From Octopus vulgaris (lineage: Eukaryota): 64,000 nt of DNA. Of the stretch, positions 39,540 through 52,539 are shown piece after piece. The position numbers and the translations under genes were made by a program. How positions within the stretch are numbered: position 1 is the first letter of the stretch; the number at the start of each line of letters is the position of its first letter. Below the pieces are notes generated by a model. That model ran no database searches. It was not told where the DNA came from and saw only the letters and a list, made by a program, of their open reading frames with translations. Where the stretch lies: positions 79,236,001 to 79,300,000 of the forward strand of contig OX597823.1 in the NCBI GenBank assembly GCA_951406725.2, read 5' to 3'.

Positions 39540-40200
39540 ACAATGCCCGACATTTTGGGGGAGGGGGCTAGTCGATTAGATCGACTCCAGTACGCAACTA
39601 GTACTTAATTTATCGACCCCGAAAGATGAAAGGTAATGCGAACCTCGGTGGAATTTGAACTCAGAACAAAGACAGATGAAATACCGCTAAGCATTTCGCC
39701 CGGGGTGCTAACGTTTTTAATTTCTTTATTGCCCACAAGGGGCTAAGCATAGAGGGGACAAACAAGGACAGACAAAGGGATTAACTCGATTACATCGACC
39801 GCAGTGCGTAACTGGTACTTAATTTATCGACCCCGAAAATATGAAAGACAAAGTCGACTTCGGCAGAATTTGAACACAGAACGCAGCGGCGGACGAAATA
39901 CCACAAAGCATTTCGCCCGGCATGCTAACGTTTCTGCCAGCTCGCCGCCTTAATGTAGCCCATAATACTGATAAACGTAAGAATGTGGTGCGCAGGCAGA
40001 ATCGTTAGCACGCAGGGTGAAATGCTTACCAGACTTCCGTCCGTCTTTACGTTCTGAGTTCAAATTCTGCTAAGGTCCACTTTACCTTTCATCATTTCGG
40101 GGTCGATAAAATAAATACTAATTGAGCACCAGGATTGATGTAACTGACTATCGCCCTTCCATAAACTTTTACATCTTGTACTATAGTTGAAAGAATTATG
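39540..40200. mobile_element. SINE family B copies in opposite orientations (minus dimer 39540-39951, plus copy 39995-40200)
   Basis: Matches to 29391-29621. Confidence 0.85.
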
Positions 40201-40314
40201 AAGAAACAATAAACATCTATAAGGTTCTGAATAAGCACTCCACGATCACCATCATTTTTTTTCTTTGCAAAAATTCCTTCGGATTTCTATATGCTTATAT
40301 CGGTGATTGTAAAG

Positions 40315-40637
40315 GTGCATAGCTCAGTGGTTAGAGAGTCGAGCTTACGATCATGAGGTTGTGAATTCGATTCCCGGACTGTGTTGTGTTCTTGAGCAAG
40401 ACACTTTATTTCACGTTGCTCCAGTTCACTCAGCTGTAGAAATGAGTTGTGACATTACTGGTCTTATGCTGTATTGGCATTTGCCTTTACCTTGGATAAC
40501 ATCAGTGGTGTGGGGAGAGGTGGCTGGTATGCCTGGGCGGCTGTTGGCCTTCCATAAACAACATTAACCGGACTCGTGTCTGGGAAGGTAACTTCCTAGT
40601 TGCAATCCCATGGTCATTCATGACCGAAGGGGGGTCT
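40315..40637 (+). mobile_element. SINE family C
   Basis: Matches 25160-25490. Confidence 0.9.
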
Positions 40638-41714
40638 CCTCCTCCTCCTCCTCATCTCGGTGATTTCAATTCACCTGGCCATGAAAGAAAAAAAGATATT
40701 TTTCATGTTTTCGCCGAAAATAGGGTTCTGCTGTTTATAGCATATCGATCGCAAGATGTAAGATCACCATTCTCTTGTATTCTATTGATTTATGAGATTA
40801 CGAGGGAGGGAATTGCGAAGATAAATCAGTAAGATAACAAGCAACCCTTACTTCGTTCAGTTGTACTCAACTGGCCGTAACTGATTTTCTGAATTATATT
40901 TTAAACATAGGAAATAACAATTACTGCAACAAAAATATTTTCAAATTTACATCTTATTTGTTCTTTTTCTCCTTTTCTTTTTTGGTGTGGGGTGCATTTT
41001 GGCCCTTCAAGTAGTCCTCATCATAATAGAATACTTATTCCAAACTTGCTCCCAATGCCCCTATATATTTAAGCGTAAAATCTAATCGAATTCTTGTTAT
41101 ACTTCTCCCTCTTCTCCCCCTCTCCTCCCTCTCTCCTCTCTCTCTTTCACACACACACAGGCACGCACACACAATTCGTTCTTCTTTCTCTCCCTCTTTG
41201 TCTTTTTCGCCTCTTCTTTCTTCTTTCCCCATCTCTCTTTCTGTCAGGCTTTCATTGCATTTTACATCCCCGAATTTCGAAAAGCCAATCGACACACTCA
41301 AGAAAAAAAAAAAGAGAAAAACACCGGAAGAAGCAGTCTGATATTTACATTAACCTCAACTCACGCACACACACACACATGAATACACACACATACATAT
41401 ACAAACACACATGCATACACACACATACACACACACATACACTCAGTCACGGACACACACTCACAAATACACGTACACACTCTTTCTCTCTCTCCCTGTC
41501 TCTCCTTCCCTCTCCGTTTCTCTCTCTCTCTTCCTCCCACTTTCTGACTCCTCTCTCGCTCTCATCTCCTCCTCCTACTCTCTCTCTCACCCTATTCTCC
41601 CTCTTACTCTCTGTCGTCCTCCTTCTCGCCCCTTGCTCCTCCTCTCTCTCCGCTCTCTCCTCCTTCTCTTCTCTCTCCCTGCTTCCCCATCCTCTCTCAA
41701 CACACACACACACA

Positions 41715-41766
<52 letters not shown>

Positions 41767-41988
41767 CAAACACACACACACTTTTTCTTTCACTTTCAAA
41801 CTCTTTACGACAATAACTGGTTACGGAATCAAACTACAATATCTGACATATTTATTTCGTCCAATCAAAACATATGAACGTTAAATTGGACTTCATCTGT
41901 GAAGCTAACAAGGAACGAAACGAGACCCAATACAATAATAAGTCGGATCGAACCAGCTAGAAATACCTGTCAAACGATCCAGGACAGG

Positions 41989-42144
41989 CAGTGGCCTTGC
42001 TAGAGTGTATAATGCTAGGGGCAGTCCTTGTGTTTGCCGCCCCTATACAGGCTTATACAGCAGATTCATAGGTGCCGCCTCCATAAAAGTGCCACCCAGG
42101 GCGACGCGCTCTATCACTTGCAGCCTCGCTTAGCAACGCTACTG
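41989..42144. mobile_element. hAT-like MITE
   Basis: TIRs CAGTGGCCTTGCTAG / TTAGCAACGCTACTG; degenerate 8-bp TSD AGGACAGG / AGTGCAGG. Confidence 0.7.
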
Positions 42145-42287
42145 AGTGCAGGAGCTTCTTGACATGCTAGAAATAACGACTGAATCTAATTGAAATCATG
42201 CTCTAAGTGTCTTAGAGAAGGACACGTTGGATCGTGAGGTCCCGCGTTCATGGCACAGAGAAAAAGGCGAGAATGTCACCTGGAATG

Positions 42288-42658
42288 CCTGTGGCTGTCT
42301 GTTAAGAGGTTTGCTCTCCAACCACATGGTTCCGGGATCACTCCCACTGCGTGGCACCTTAGCCAATTGTCTTCTACTATAGCCCCTGGTCCACTAGTGC
42401 CTTCCGAGTGGATAGATAGATATCTATCTATCTATCTATGTATGTATTCCTTGTGTTGTATGTTTGTACTCTGTTTTTTCGTTGTTTGAAAAAAAAAGTC
42501 AGTTTCTATGTTTTTGGTTTTATGCTTTCGTTTCTCATCGTGTTCAACGTTTTTTTGGTGTCCTGTAGCCATATATGCATGTATATATATACATATATAT
42601 GTAGGTATGTACATATATGTATGTATATATGCATATGTTTTATATATTATTTTCTTAG

Positions 42659-42720
<62 letters not shown>

Positions 42721-42774
42721 AAGAGAGACAGAGAGAGACAGAGAAAGAGAAAGAGAGAGACAGACAGAGATATT

Positions 42775-42838
<64 letters not shown>

Positions 42839-43105
42839 TAAAGATGAGTGCGTGTGTGTGCATGTGTGTTTGTGTATGTATGTGTGTATGTATGCGTGTG
42901 TCTATGTTTCTTTGAGCCTGTGTCTGACACCAGTGTCGGTGTGTATACGTCCCGTAACTTAGCGAATCGGCAAAAGCGACCGAGAGGATAAGTTCCAGGT
43001 TTTAAAAACATAAGCACTGGAGTTGATGCGATCGACAAAAATTTTCCAATGCGGCGCTCAATGCCTGGCACTAAGTCTAAATAACTGAAGCAATTAAAAG
43101 ATAAA
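42288..43105 (+). mobile_element. SINE family A split by microsatellites and a second repeat (42440-42660, homologous to 61340-61560)
   Basis: Head at 42288-42410 and tail at 42900-43105. Confidence 0.7.
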
Positions 43106-43465
43106 ATCATTGTTGATCTCGGGCTAAAAAAAACAACACCGCGAGCAACAATATCATCAACAGCAGCAGCCGTCCAAGAATTTGGACCCGGAGGTCACCA
43201 TTTCCAGCGACTTCGAGGGCCACCTCCTAATGGTGTCGGGCGTCAACGAAGAGCCCTCGACTACAACAAGACGACCAAATTTTTTTTCTTTTTCCAAGGT
43301 CTGGGATCTCCCGCCCCTAAGCCCTAGACCATCACCTAATCACCGTTCCCCGTCTCGTTGCTTAACAACAACAACAACAGCAATCAATAACAGCAACAAC
43401 ACCTCTTGAATTTCCTCTGAAATGCTAACCTCACTCGAGTTATTTCATCGAATTAAAAAAAAAAT

Positions 43466-44308
43466 AGGCGAAATTCTGGTTTAAGCACTCATATTACCCA
43501 TTATTACTCTTTTTTCATTTTCTGAAATTTTCAGAAAAGTTTTGCGAATTTGTGTTCAACACACAAGAATTCATACGATTATGCATAAAGCAAGAAATTT
43601 TTGTGCGTTACTTAAGGGCTATTTAGCTATTATTTTTAGCACATCCCACGACCATCATGTATCCTCCTCGTTTCTTTGTCACTCTGACATGTGTCGATGA
43701 TTTTCAATATATTTCTCCCCATAAACACATTTGAGGGTCTATTGCTGAGATTTAAGTCCAAAATATGGACTGTCCGTATTTCAAACTATGATTAAAAGAA
43801 TAATTTCGAAAACATTTAAAAAAATTGTTTAAATTTCGAAAATGTCTTTTAAAATTTGTTTTCATAGTCGTGTGGATTCTTGCGTGTAGAATACAAATTT
43901 TCTGAAATTTTCTGAAATTTCCAAAAACTAAAGAACTTACAGCGATCTATATTTAAGAGATGAATTATGTACATTATTTACATTATGCCTACGGGCATAT
44001 GGCATAGTGTTTAAGAGTGCGGGCTACTAACCCAAGATTCCAAGTTCAATTCCAATCAGTGACCTGAACAACAACAATAATAATAATAATAAGAAGAAGA
44101 AGAACAACAACAACAACAACAACATCGAAAATACCTTAGGAATGAGAACCCAGGTTCGAAATTTTCCCCAAGACACCTATGGAGGGCTGGAGGGTATATC
44201 AACCGAAACTTTGTGTTAACAAGATGAGGACAAACACTCATCGAATGTAAATAATGTAAATAAAGTTACGGAGGAATTTTTTGACGTGCTTAAACCAGAA
44301 TCCTGTCC
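43466..44308. mobile_element. Foldback/MITE-like DNA element (possibly Harbinger) with a nested insertion
   Basis: Terminal ATTCTGGTTTAAGCAC / GTGCTTAAACCAGAAT; internal inverted arms at ~43530-43585 / ~43863-43918. Confidence 0.55.
43945..44265 (+). mobile_element. tRNA-headed element with a degenerate hammerhead (44172-44217) and terminal inverted repeat
   Basis: A-box-like TGGCATAGTGTTTAAG and B-box-like AGTTCAATTCC, then (CAA)n and GACAC-ctatgga-GGGCTG..CAACC-GAAAC-TTT-GTGTT. TTATGTACATTATTTACATT is mirrored by AATGTAAATAATGTAAATAA. Confidence 0.6.
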
Positions 44309-44659
44309 CAAAAGAATATGACAAGTAAATCAGACTTCATGTGGTATGTTAACACAAACCTCAGAATTTATTCGAACTCTTAGAGTTAAAAGTTACTTGT
44401 ATTTGAAACCAAAACACGCCCTACCTATTGTATCTTTTAAAAGAATATGACAGATTAGGTCTAAACTTATCCAGGATACCCTCATTAACTGAAAAGTAAA
44501 GATGGTTTAAGTAAAAATGGTTTATGTTGATCTTCATAGAAAACTTGGCTAGGACCTAGCATAGCAGCAATGACAACAACAACAACATCAACAAAAGCAA
44601 CATATAAATCCAGGCTAGTTATTTAGTTCAGTACACCAGTGTTGCCATCGTTCTGCTAA

Positions 44660-44762
44660 CTCCTTTCACGGATGATGCTGATGCCAGCGGCGACTGTAAT
44701 GATGATGATGGTGGTGGTGGTGGCGGTGGTGATGATAATGATGATGATGATGCTGATGATAG

Positions 44763-44816
<54 letters not shown>

Positions 44817-45004
44817 CAACGATTGTGATGACAACGATTGTGATGACAACAGTGAAACTAAATGACAACAATGTCGACGATGACGATGATGACCATGGCG
44901 ACGAGGGTTACGGCAATGATGACGACGACGACAGTGACCACAACGACGGTGATCACAACGACGACAACAATGATGATGATGACGGTGATGATAACGACGA
45001 CGAC

Positions 45005-45043
<39 letters not shown>

Positions 45044-45181
45044 AACGATGACGATGATGACGATGAGGGTGATGACAATGATGATAATGACGATGATGAT
45101 GATGATCATGCGGACGCTGACGACGATGATAATGATCATGACGATGATGACGATGATGATATTGACAATGATGATGATGAC

Positions 45182-45270
<89 letters not shown>

Positions 45271-45864
45271 TGATGATGATGATGATGATGATAATGATGA
45301 TGATATTTTAACTCCACATAATATTTGCGGGATGGCTATGTATGGGTTGTTTGTATCGATATAGACACAGTAGGAGAAATTACTTATTTTAGATACGAGT
45401 ACAAGGCCAGAAAAGCTAGGGTGAGGGTATGGGGTGTATCTGTTAAAGATCGAAATCCCATTATTTACAAGGTACTTTATTTTTATCGATCCCGGAAGTA
45501 TGAAAGATAAAAAAAAAAAAAACATTCGAAAAAAAAGAAACCGGTACGATTTGAAAGTAACAAAGTGACGTCACTAAATACAGAACGAATGAGGAGTTGG
45601 ACCGACCCATTACCAATCCCGGCACTCCCAATGGCTAAATGATGATGATGACGACGACGACGACGATGATGATGATGATGACGACGATGATGAAAACGAT
45701 GATGATGATGAGGACGATGATAATGATGAAAATGATGGTGACAATGATGATGATGATGATGATGATGATGATAATGATGGTGGTGGTGGTGATTATGATG
45801 TTGATGACGTTGATGATGATGATAAGAAAGAGGAGGGGAGGAAGGGGAAGAGGAGGGGAGGATG

Positions 45865-45908
<44 letters not shown>

Positions 45909-46104
45909 CCTTTCTAGTAGAGTCAGCCGGGCTGGAATTTGGGGGGTAAGAGGAAAGTCGATTATGTCGATCCCAGTAAATAATGACAAGAACCACAACT
46001 TTAACTAAAACAAAAACAACCACAACATCAATGATGATATTACCGGCGACAGTTGTGGCGATGGCGACAGCGACAACGACCACGACAGTGACGACGACGA
46101 TGGC

Positions 46105-46140
<36 letters not shown>

Positions 46141-46141
46141 A

Positions 46142-46191
<50 letters not shown>

Positions 46192-46195
46192 ATAA
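44660..46195. repeat. Decayed (GAT)n/(GAC)n trinucleotide tracts (44660-45305, 45639-45910, 46050-46195)
   Basis: Direct reading. Confidence 0.93.
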
Positions 46196-46347
46196 CGATT
46201 CAGGTAAGTAATAGATAGATTTGATATATAGACAAAAATGCATAGAATGATAGACATACAGGTAGATAGATGCCTAGGCAGACAGATACAAACAGGTAGT
46301 CATTCGGATAGGTGTGTCTGTGTGTTTGTGTATTCGTGTGTGCGTAG

Positions 46348-46388
<41 letters not shown>

Positions 46389-46416
46389 CTTACTATGTTT
46401 ATATACAGATAGATGT

Positions 46417-46452
<36 letters not shown>

Positions 46453-46457
46453 CAGAC

Positions 46458-46519
<62 letters not shown>

Positions 46520-46639
46520 ATTTATGGACACATAGAGATGTGACAGGCAACGATAGATAAAAAGAGGTTGTTAAACGGATAGTTACACTGTGTGTGTGTG
46601 TGTCCGCGCGCGCGCGTTGAGTGCATGTCTGGACTAATT

Positions 46640-46726
<87 letters not shown>

Positions 46727-47479
46727 GATTGAGCGTGCCGTAATATGTTTAAGTAGATAAATATGTAGTTAGGTAGACCGATTTAAAATATAAACATCGC
46801 TCGTCCAGTATATACGTTCGATTATATATATTCGTAACAATCAGTGCCGGAAACATACCTTTTTTTTTTTACATACTTCACCAAAATTAAGGAATAACTA
46901 AAGCACAAAATAGATCCATTACTATATATGTCTGTGCTTATAAATCTGCGTGTTGTATGTTTGTGTTTTTTTTTTTTTATATGGTTAAACACATATATAA
47001 ACACACATAGACGAACATAGACACGAAGGGCGAATAAGTACTTTGAAAGAATCATACGTCGATATTGTTATTTATTATAGATAAGTAGTTTGGTAATAGA
47101 GACAGGTCAACGGGAGAAAATATTATATATACAGTTATAAAAGTTATATCTTATCTTTATATGCAATTATGTAATACTTGTTTCAAACTTTGGTACCGGG
47201 CCAGCAATTTCTGGGAAGCTGGGTTAGTCGATTATATCAACCCCAGTCTTCAACTGGTACTTTTTTAATCAACCACAAAAAGGTTGAAAGGAAAAGTAGA
47301 CCTAGGCGCAAGTTGAACTGCGAACGTTAAAGCGGACGGAATGCCGTAAAGCATTTTGCCCCGTGTGTTAACGACTTTGCCAAGTTCACCGCGTTGTATC
47401 GTGATACATTCATATAAATATATACAGTTATACATACATACATACATCCAATCATGGATGCATGCATACATACATACTT

Positions 47480-47965
<486 letters not shown>

Positions 47966-48202
47966 AATATATAATTTATCTTACCTTAGATGACATTGTC
48001 AATTCTCTTTATATATGTTATGTGTTTTCACAGTATGTTATACTTTTTTTTAGACCGTATCTCTGCTGATATCTGTTTTCTTCTTCTTTTTTCCTTTTTT
48101 TCTTTTATTGTTTTATTGATATTTTTCTTATGTTGTTACAATGTTTGTAAGCGTGTGTGTGTGTGTGTGCGTTTGTGTGTGTGCGTGTGTGCGTGTGTGT
48201 GA

Positions 48203-48279
<77 letters not shown>

Positions 48280-49684
48280 AGCGTTTCTTTGTCTCTTTTC
48301 TTTTTTTTTTTTTTGTCTCGATGGTACTGTGTGGAACGGAAGGAAGTTGGTGAATTTCCGAAGTTAAAAGTAAAAAGAGCCAACCGCTTATTCTACTAGC
48401 AGACGTCTTCGAGTCTGTCTTATTTTTCCCTACTCTGTCTGCGAGGTTTGTCCGTCTGTCTGCCTGACTGTCTGTCTATCTGTGTTTTCGCTGGTTGCCT
48501 GGTTTGGCTGGCTGGATGGCTGCTTAACTGACTGTCTGTCCGACTGACTGTCTGACTCGGTTTGTTTTGGCTTGTTTTCTCTTCCGCTTATCTCTGTCCG
48601 CGTTGCCTGCTTATTTTGCATATGACGACCAGCCTGCCAACCAGCACGCCTGGCTGTCTGCCTGCCTGCCGCTGTTTCCCGCCTTATCCGATTTGGTTTT
48701 GCCTCTTTTTACCTTTTGCAGTAGAAGTAGTTGGTTGCGCTCATATCGCATGCAGTGACGAATAACAACAACAACAACGACAGCGACAGCAATAACAATA
48801 ACAACCACGGCAAATACAAACGGCGTTTTCTATAACTATGACTCTGATGGTGGCATTGTTTCTGCATTTTTACATTGTACCAACGCACGCGCGTTAGGTG
48901 TGGTGTCACCAAGGAACGAAAAAAAAAAAAAAAGCAGACGACACTTTATCGCTTTTATTTTTATTTTTATTTTTCTTTCTTCTAAGCGACATATTCTTTT
49001 TTTATATTTAGCAGACGACAATTGCAAAACTGACTGAGATGCAGACGACTTTTTTTCTCAAAACGATAAGAAAATAACAACGACATCAGTATCACAACCA
49101 AGATCAATAGTATCTACAATGAAATCAATATCAACATAAATAACTATATTATAATACAATCACTACTATTGTAAATAGTATCGACAATATCCATATAACA
49201 TCAACTATTATAATATTGCTAATAGAAATGTCACAATCAACATTATTAATCATGTCACTATGACATCATAAACTATAACATTTATCATCATTAAATCATT
49301 ACCAACTTTAATATTGCTGTCAATATTTTCAAAAATATTACTATCAACATTATCATTATCGTTACTATTACGGAATCAATTATAAAATACTTTCAACAAT
49401 ATCAACATCGTTATTATAGTATGATCAACTACAACATTCTATGAACATTATCGCTTATGCCATTATAAAAATATGAGTTGTTTAATAATAATATGAATAA
49501 TATCAATAATAACGATGACAACGTTATCACCAAAGTCACTATCACAGCAGATATAACTTGTCATCAATATATCAATATCAACTATGTAATATTATTATCA
49601 ATACTATCAACAATTTTGCTATCAACAGTAAAGTCACTAAGACATAACTACTATAACGCGTCACAACTTTTTCAACACACATAT

Positions 49685-50128
49685 TCTCTTTTTACTCACT
49701 TTTACTTATTTCAGTCATTTGACTGCGCCCATGCTGGGGCACCGCCTTTTTTAGTCGAGCAAATCGACCCCAGGACTTATTCTTTGTAAGTCTAGTACTT
49801 ATTCTATCGGTCTCTTTTGCCGAACCGCTAAGTTACAGGGACGTAAACACACCAGCATCGGTTGTCAGGCGATGTTGGAGGGACAAACACAGACATACAA
49901 ACACACACACACACGCGCGCACGCACATACACACGCATACACACACACATATATGCACATATATACGACGAGCTTCTTTCAGTTTCCGTCTACCAAATCC
50001 ACTCACAAGGCTTTAGTCGGCCCGAGGCTATAGTAGAAGACACTTGCCCAAGGTGCCACGCAGTGGGACTAAACCCCGAACCACGTGGTTAGTAAGCAAG
50101 CTACTTACCACACAGCCTCTCCTGCACC
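49685..50128 (-). mobile_element. SINE family A, full length
   Basis: High similarity to 17575-18021. Confidence 0.92.
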
Positions 50129-50439
50129 CACACATCACTACAGCATCAACAACAATAGCATAAAGCTTTAACAACACATAATATAATCAAGAGTTTAATA
50201 CAAATACAAATACTAATGATAATAATCCCTTTCTAATACTGGCAGAAGGCCTTAAATTTTGTGAAAAGGCTCTACTCGATTATATCGGATCTAATGCCCA
50301 GCTGGTTCTTATATCATTCACCCTGGGAGGAAGAAAGGCAAAGCCACCCACGGCGGAATTTGAACTCAGAACGTAAAGACTGACAAAATACCGCTTATCA
50401 TTCTGCCGAAAGCCCGCCTTAATAGTAAGAACAACAACA

Positions 50440-50518
<79 letters not shown>

Positions 50519-50617
50519 TAATAATAATAATAACAATAACAATAATAATCATAATGTCGATGATGATGATGATGATGATTATGATGATGATGATGATGAT
50601 ACTATATGTATATTTAG

Positions 50618-51350
50618 TGGAGGCGCAATGGCCTAGTGGTTAGGACAGCGGACTCACAGTTTTAGGATCGCGGTTTCGATTCCCAGACCGGGCGTTGTGA
50701 GTGTTTATTGAGCAAAAAACACCTAAAGCTCCACGAGGCTCCGGCAGGGGGTGGGTGGCGATCCCTGCTGTTTAAAAAAGTATTGGCGCAGGAGTGGTTC
50801 CGGGTTCAGTTCCACTGCGTGGCACCTTGGGCGAGTGTCTTGTACTATAGCCTCGGGCCAACAAATGCCTTGTGAGTGGATTTGGTAGACGGAAACTGAA
50901 AGAAGCCTGTCGTATATATATATGTGTGTGTGTGTTTGTGTGTCTGTGTTTGTCCCCCTAGCATCGCTTGACAACCGATGCTGGTGTTTTAACACCCCGT
51001 TACTTAGCGGATCGGCAAAAGAGACTGATAGAATAAGTACTGGGCTTACAAAAGAATAAGTCCCGGGGTCGAGTTGCTCGAATTAAAGGCGGTGCTCCAG
51101 CATGGCCGCAGTCAAATGACTGAAACAAGTAAAAGAGTATATGTATTTGTGTGTATGTTTGTGTGTCTGTACTTAACAACCGATGCTGGTATGTTTACGT
51201 CCCCGTAAGATGGCGGTTCCGAAAAATAGACCGATAGAATAAGAACTAGGCTTACAAAGAATAAGTCCGGTGGTCGACTAAAAGAAGTGCTCCAACATGG
51301 CCACATTCAAATGACTGAAACAAATAAAAGAATAAAAGAGTAAAAGAATA
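50618..51350 (+). mobile_element. SINE family D head (50618-50770) followed by family A (50785-51139) and an extra family A tail
   Basis: Matches to 62496-62872 and 17575-18021. Confidence 0.88.
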
Positions 51351-51491
51351 GAATGTACAGAAGGAAATAAAGGAGAATGCCATTGTTATTTTTGAACCTG
51401 TGGAAAACACACGAGATGTCAAAACATTGTCCACTTGATAACAATGGCACTATTTTCATCTGATGATAATAATAACAATAACAACAACAAC

Positions 51492-51695
<204 letters not shown>

Positions 51696-51699
51696 TAAA

Positions 51700-51970
51700 A
51701 GACCCCCTTCGGTCATGAATGACCATGGGATTGCACCTAGAAAGTTACCTTCCTAGATACAAGTCCGGGCAAGGTTGTTTATGGAAGGCCAGCAGTCGCC
51801 CATGCATACCGGCCTCCCCTCTCCACGCCACCAGTGTTATCCAAGGGAAAGACAAAGGTCGATACAGCTTGGCACCAGTGACGTCGCAACTCATTTCTAC
51901 AGCTGAGTGAACTGGAGCAACGTGAAATAAAGTGCCTTGCTCGAGAACACAACACGCAGCCCGGTCCGGG
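51700..51970 (-). mobile_element. SINE family C lacking its own tRNA head
   Basis: Matches 25160-25490 from CCCGGACCGGGCTGCGTG onwards; (TTA)n tail. Confidence 0.9.
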
Positions 51971-51982
51971 ATAAAAATCAAG

Positions 51983-52034
51983 TTCCCATGCCGGGAATCG
52001 AACCCGGGCCTCCTGGGTGAAAGCCAGGAATCCT
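51983..52034 (-). pseudogene. 5'-truncated tRNA-Glu(TTC)
   Basis: Minus strand reads AGGATTCCTGGCTTTCACCCAGGAGGCCCGGGTTCGATTCCCGGCATGGGAA, about positions 21-73 of tRNA-Glu. Followed by CTTGATTTTT. Confidence 0.88.
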
Positions 52035-52047
52035 GGTAATTATCCTG

Positions 52048-52084
<37 letters not shown>

Positions 52085-52089
52085 AATGG

Positions 52090-52460
52090 TTTCTAATCGA
52101 TGAATCAATGCCAATAGATGACAATGTTTCTCTCTAAAAAAACAGAGAAACTTTCAAAATACTAAGACCTGGAAATAGAGGTAACTCGAATGTGGAGCCT
52201 AAAAACGGAAACAATTCCTATTATAGCAGGCGCATTACGTATGATAAAAAAAAACATTCAGACAAATACATACGAAAAACACCAGGACTTACAAAGTATA
52301 TATAACATACAGAAACTTCTAAACACTGTAGACATCCCACGTAAAACACTTTCAATACAATGATAATAAGAGCCCCACAACAAACTACAGCACATACCCA
52401 AGGCGCACAGAGCTACGCTCGGTAGTGCAGTGAAAGCACGTGATAAAAATAAGATCACTA

Positions 52461-52462
<2 letters not shown>
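52090..52462 (+). mobile_element. R4/Dong-clade 3' end fragment
   Basis: Homologous to 53625-53997; bounded by (TAA/TGA)n. Confidence 0.88.
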
Positions 52463-52517
<55 letters not shown>

Positions 52518-52539
52518 TATAGTAATAGTAATAATAATA

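Larger units (their letters stand above)
38840..40841. repeat. 123-bp near-perfect inverted repeat enclosing a 1756-bp SINE-rich spacer
   Basis: 38840-38962 is the reverse complement of 40719-40841 with a single mismatch. Confidence 0.95.

Noticed and set aside
43142-43327. Frame reading ...GVGRQRRALDYN..., resembling a furin site as in TGF-beta precursors
   Set aside because: No cysteine pattern or convincing splice sites, and it stops shortly after; likely chance.
44672-45364. 230-aa ORF with a hydrophobic start and poly-Asp, superficially like acidic shell-matrix proteins
   Set aside because: Both parts are different frames of one decayed (GAT)n tract, and similar tracts nearby are open in other frames.
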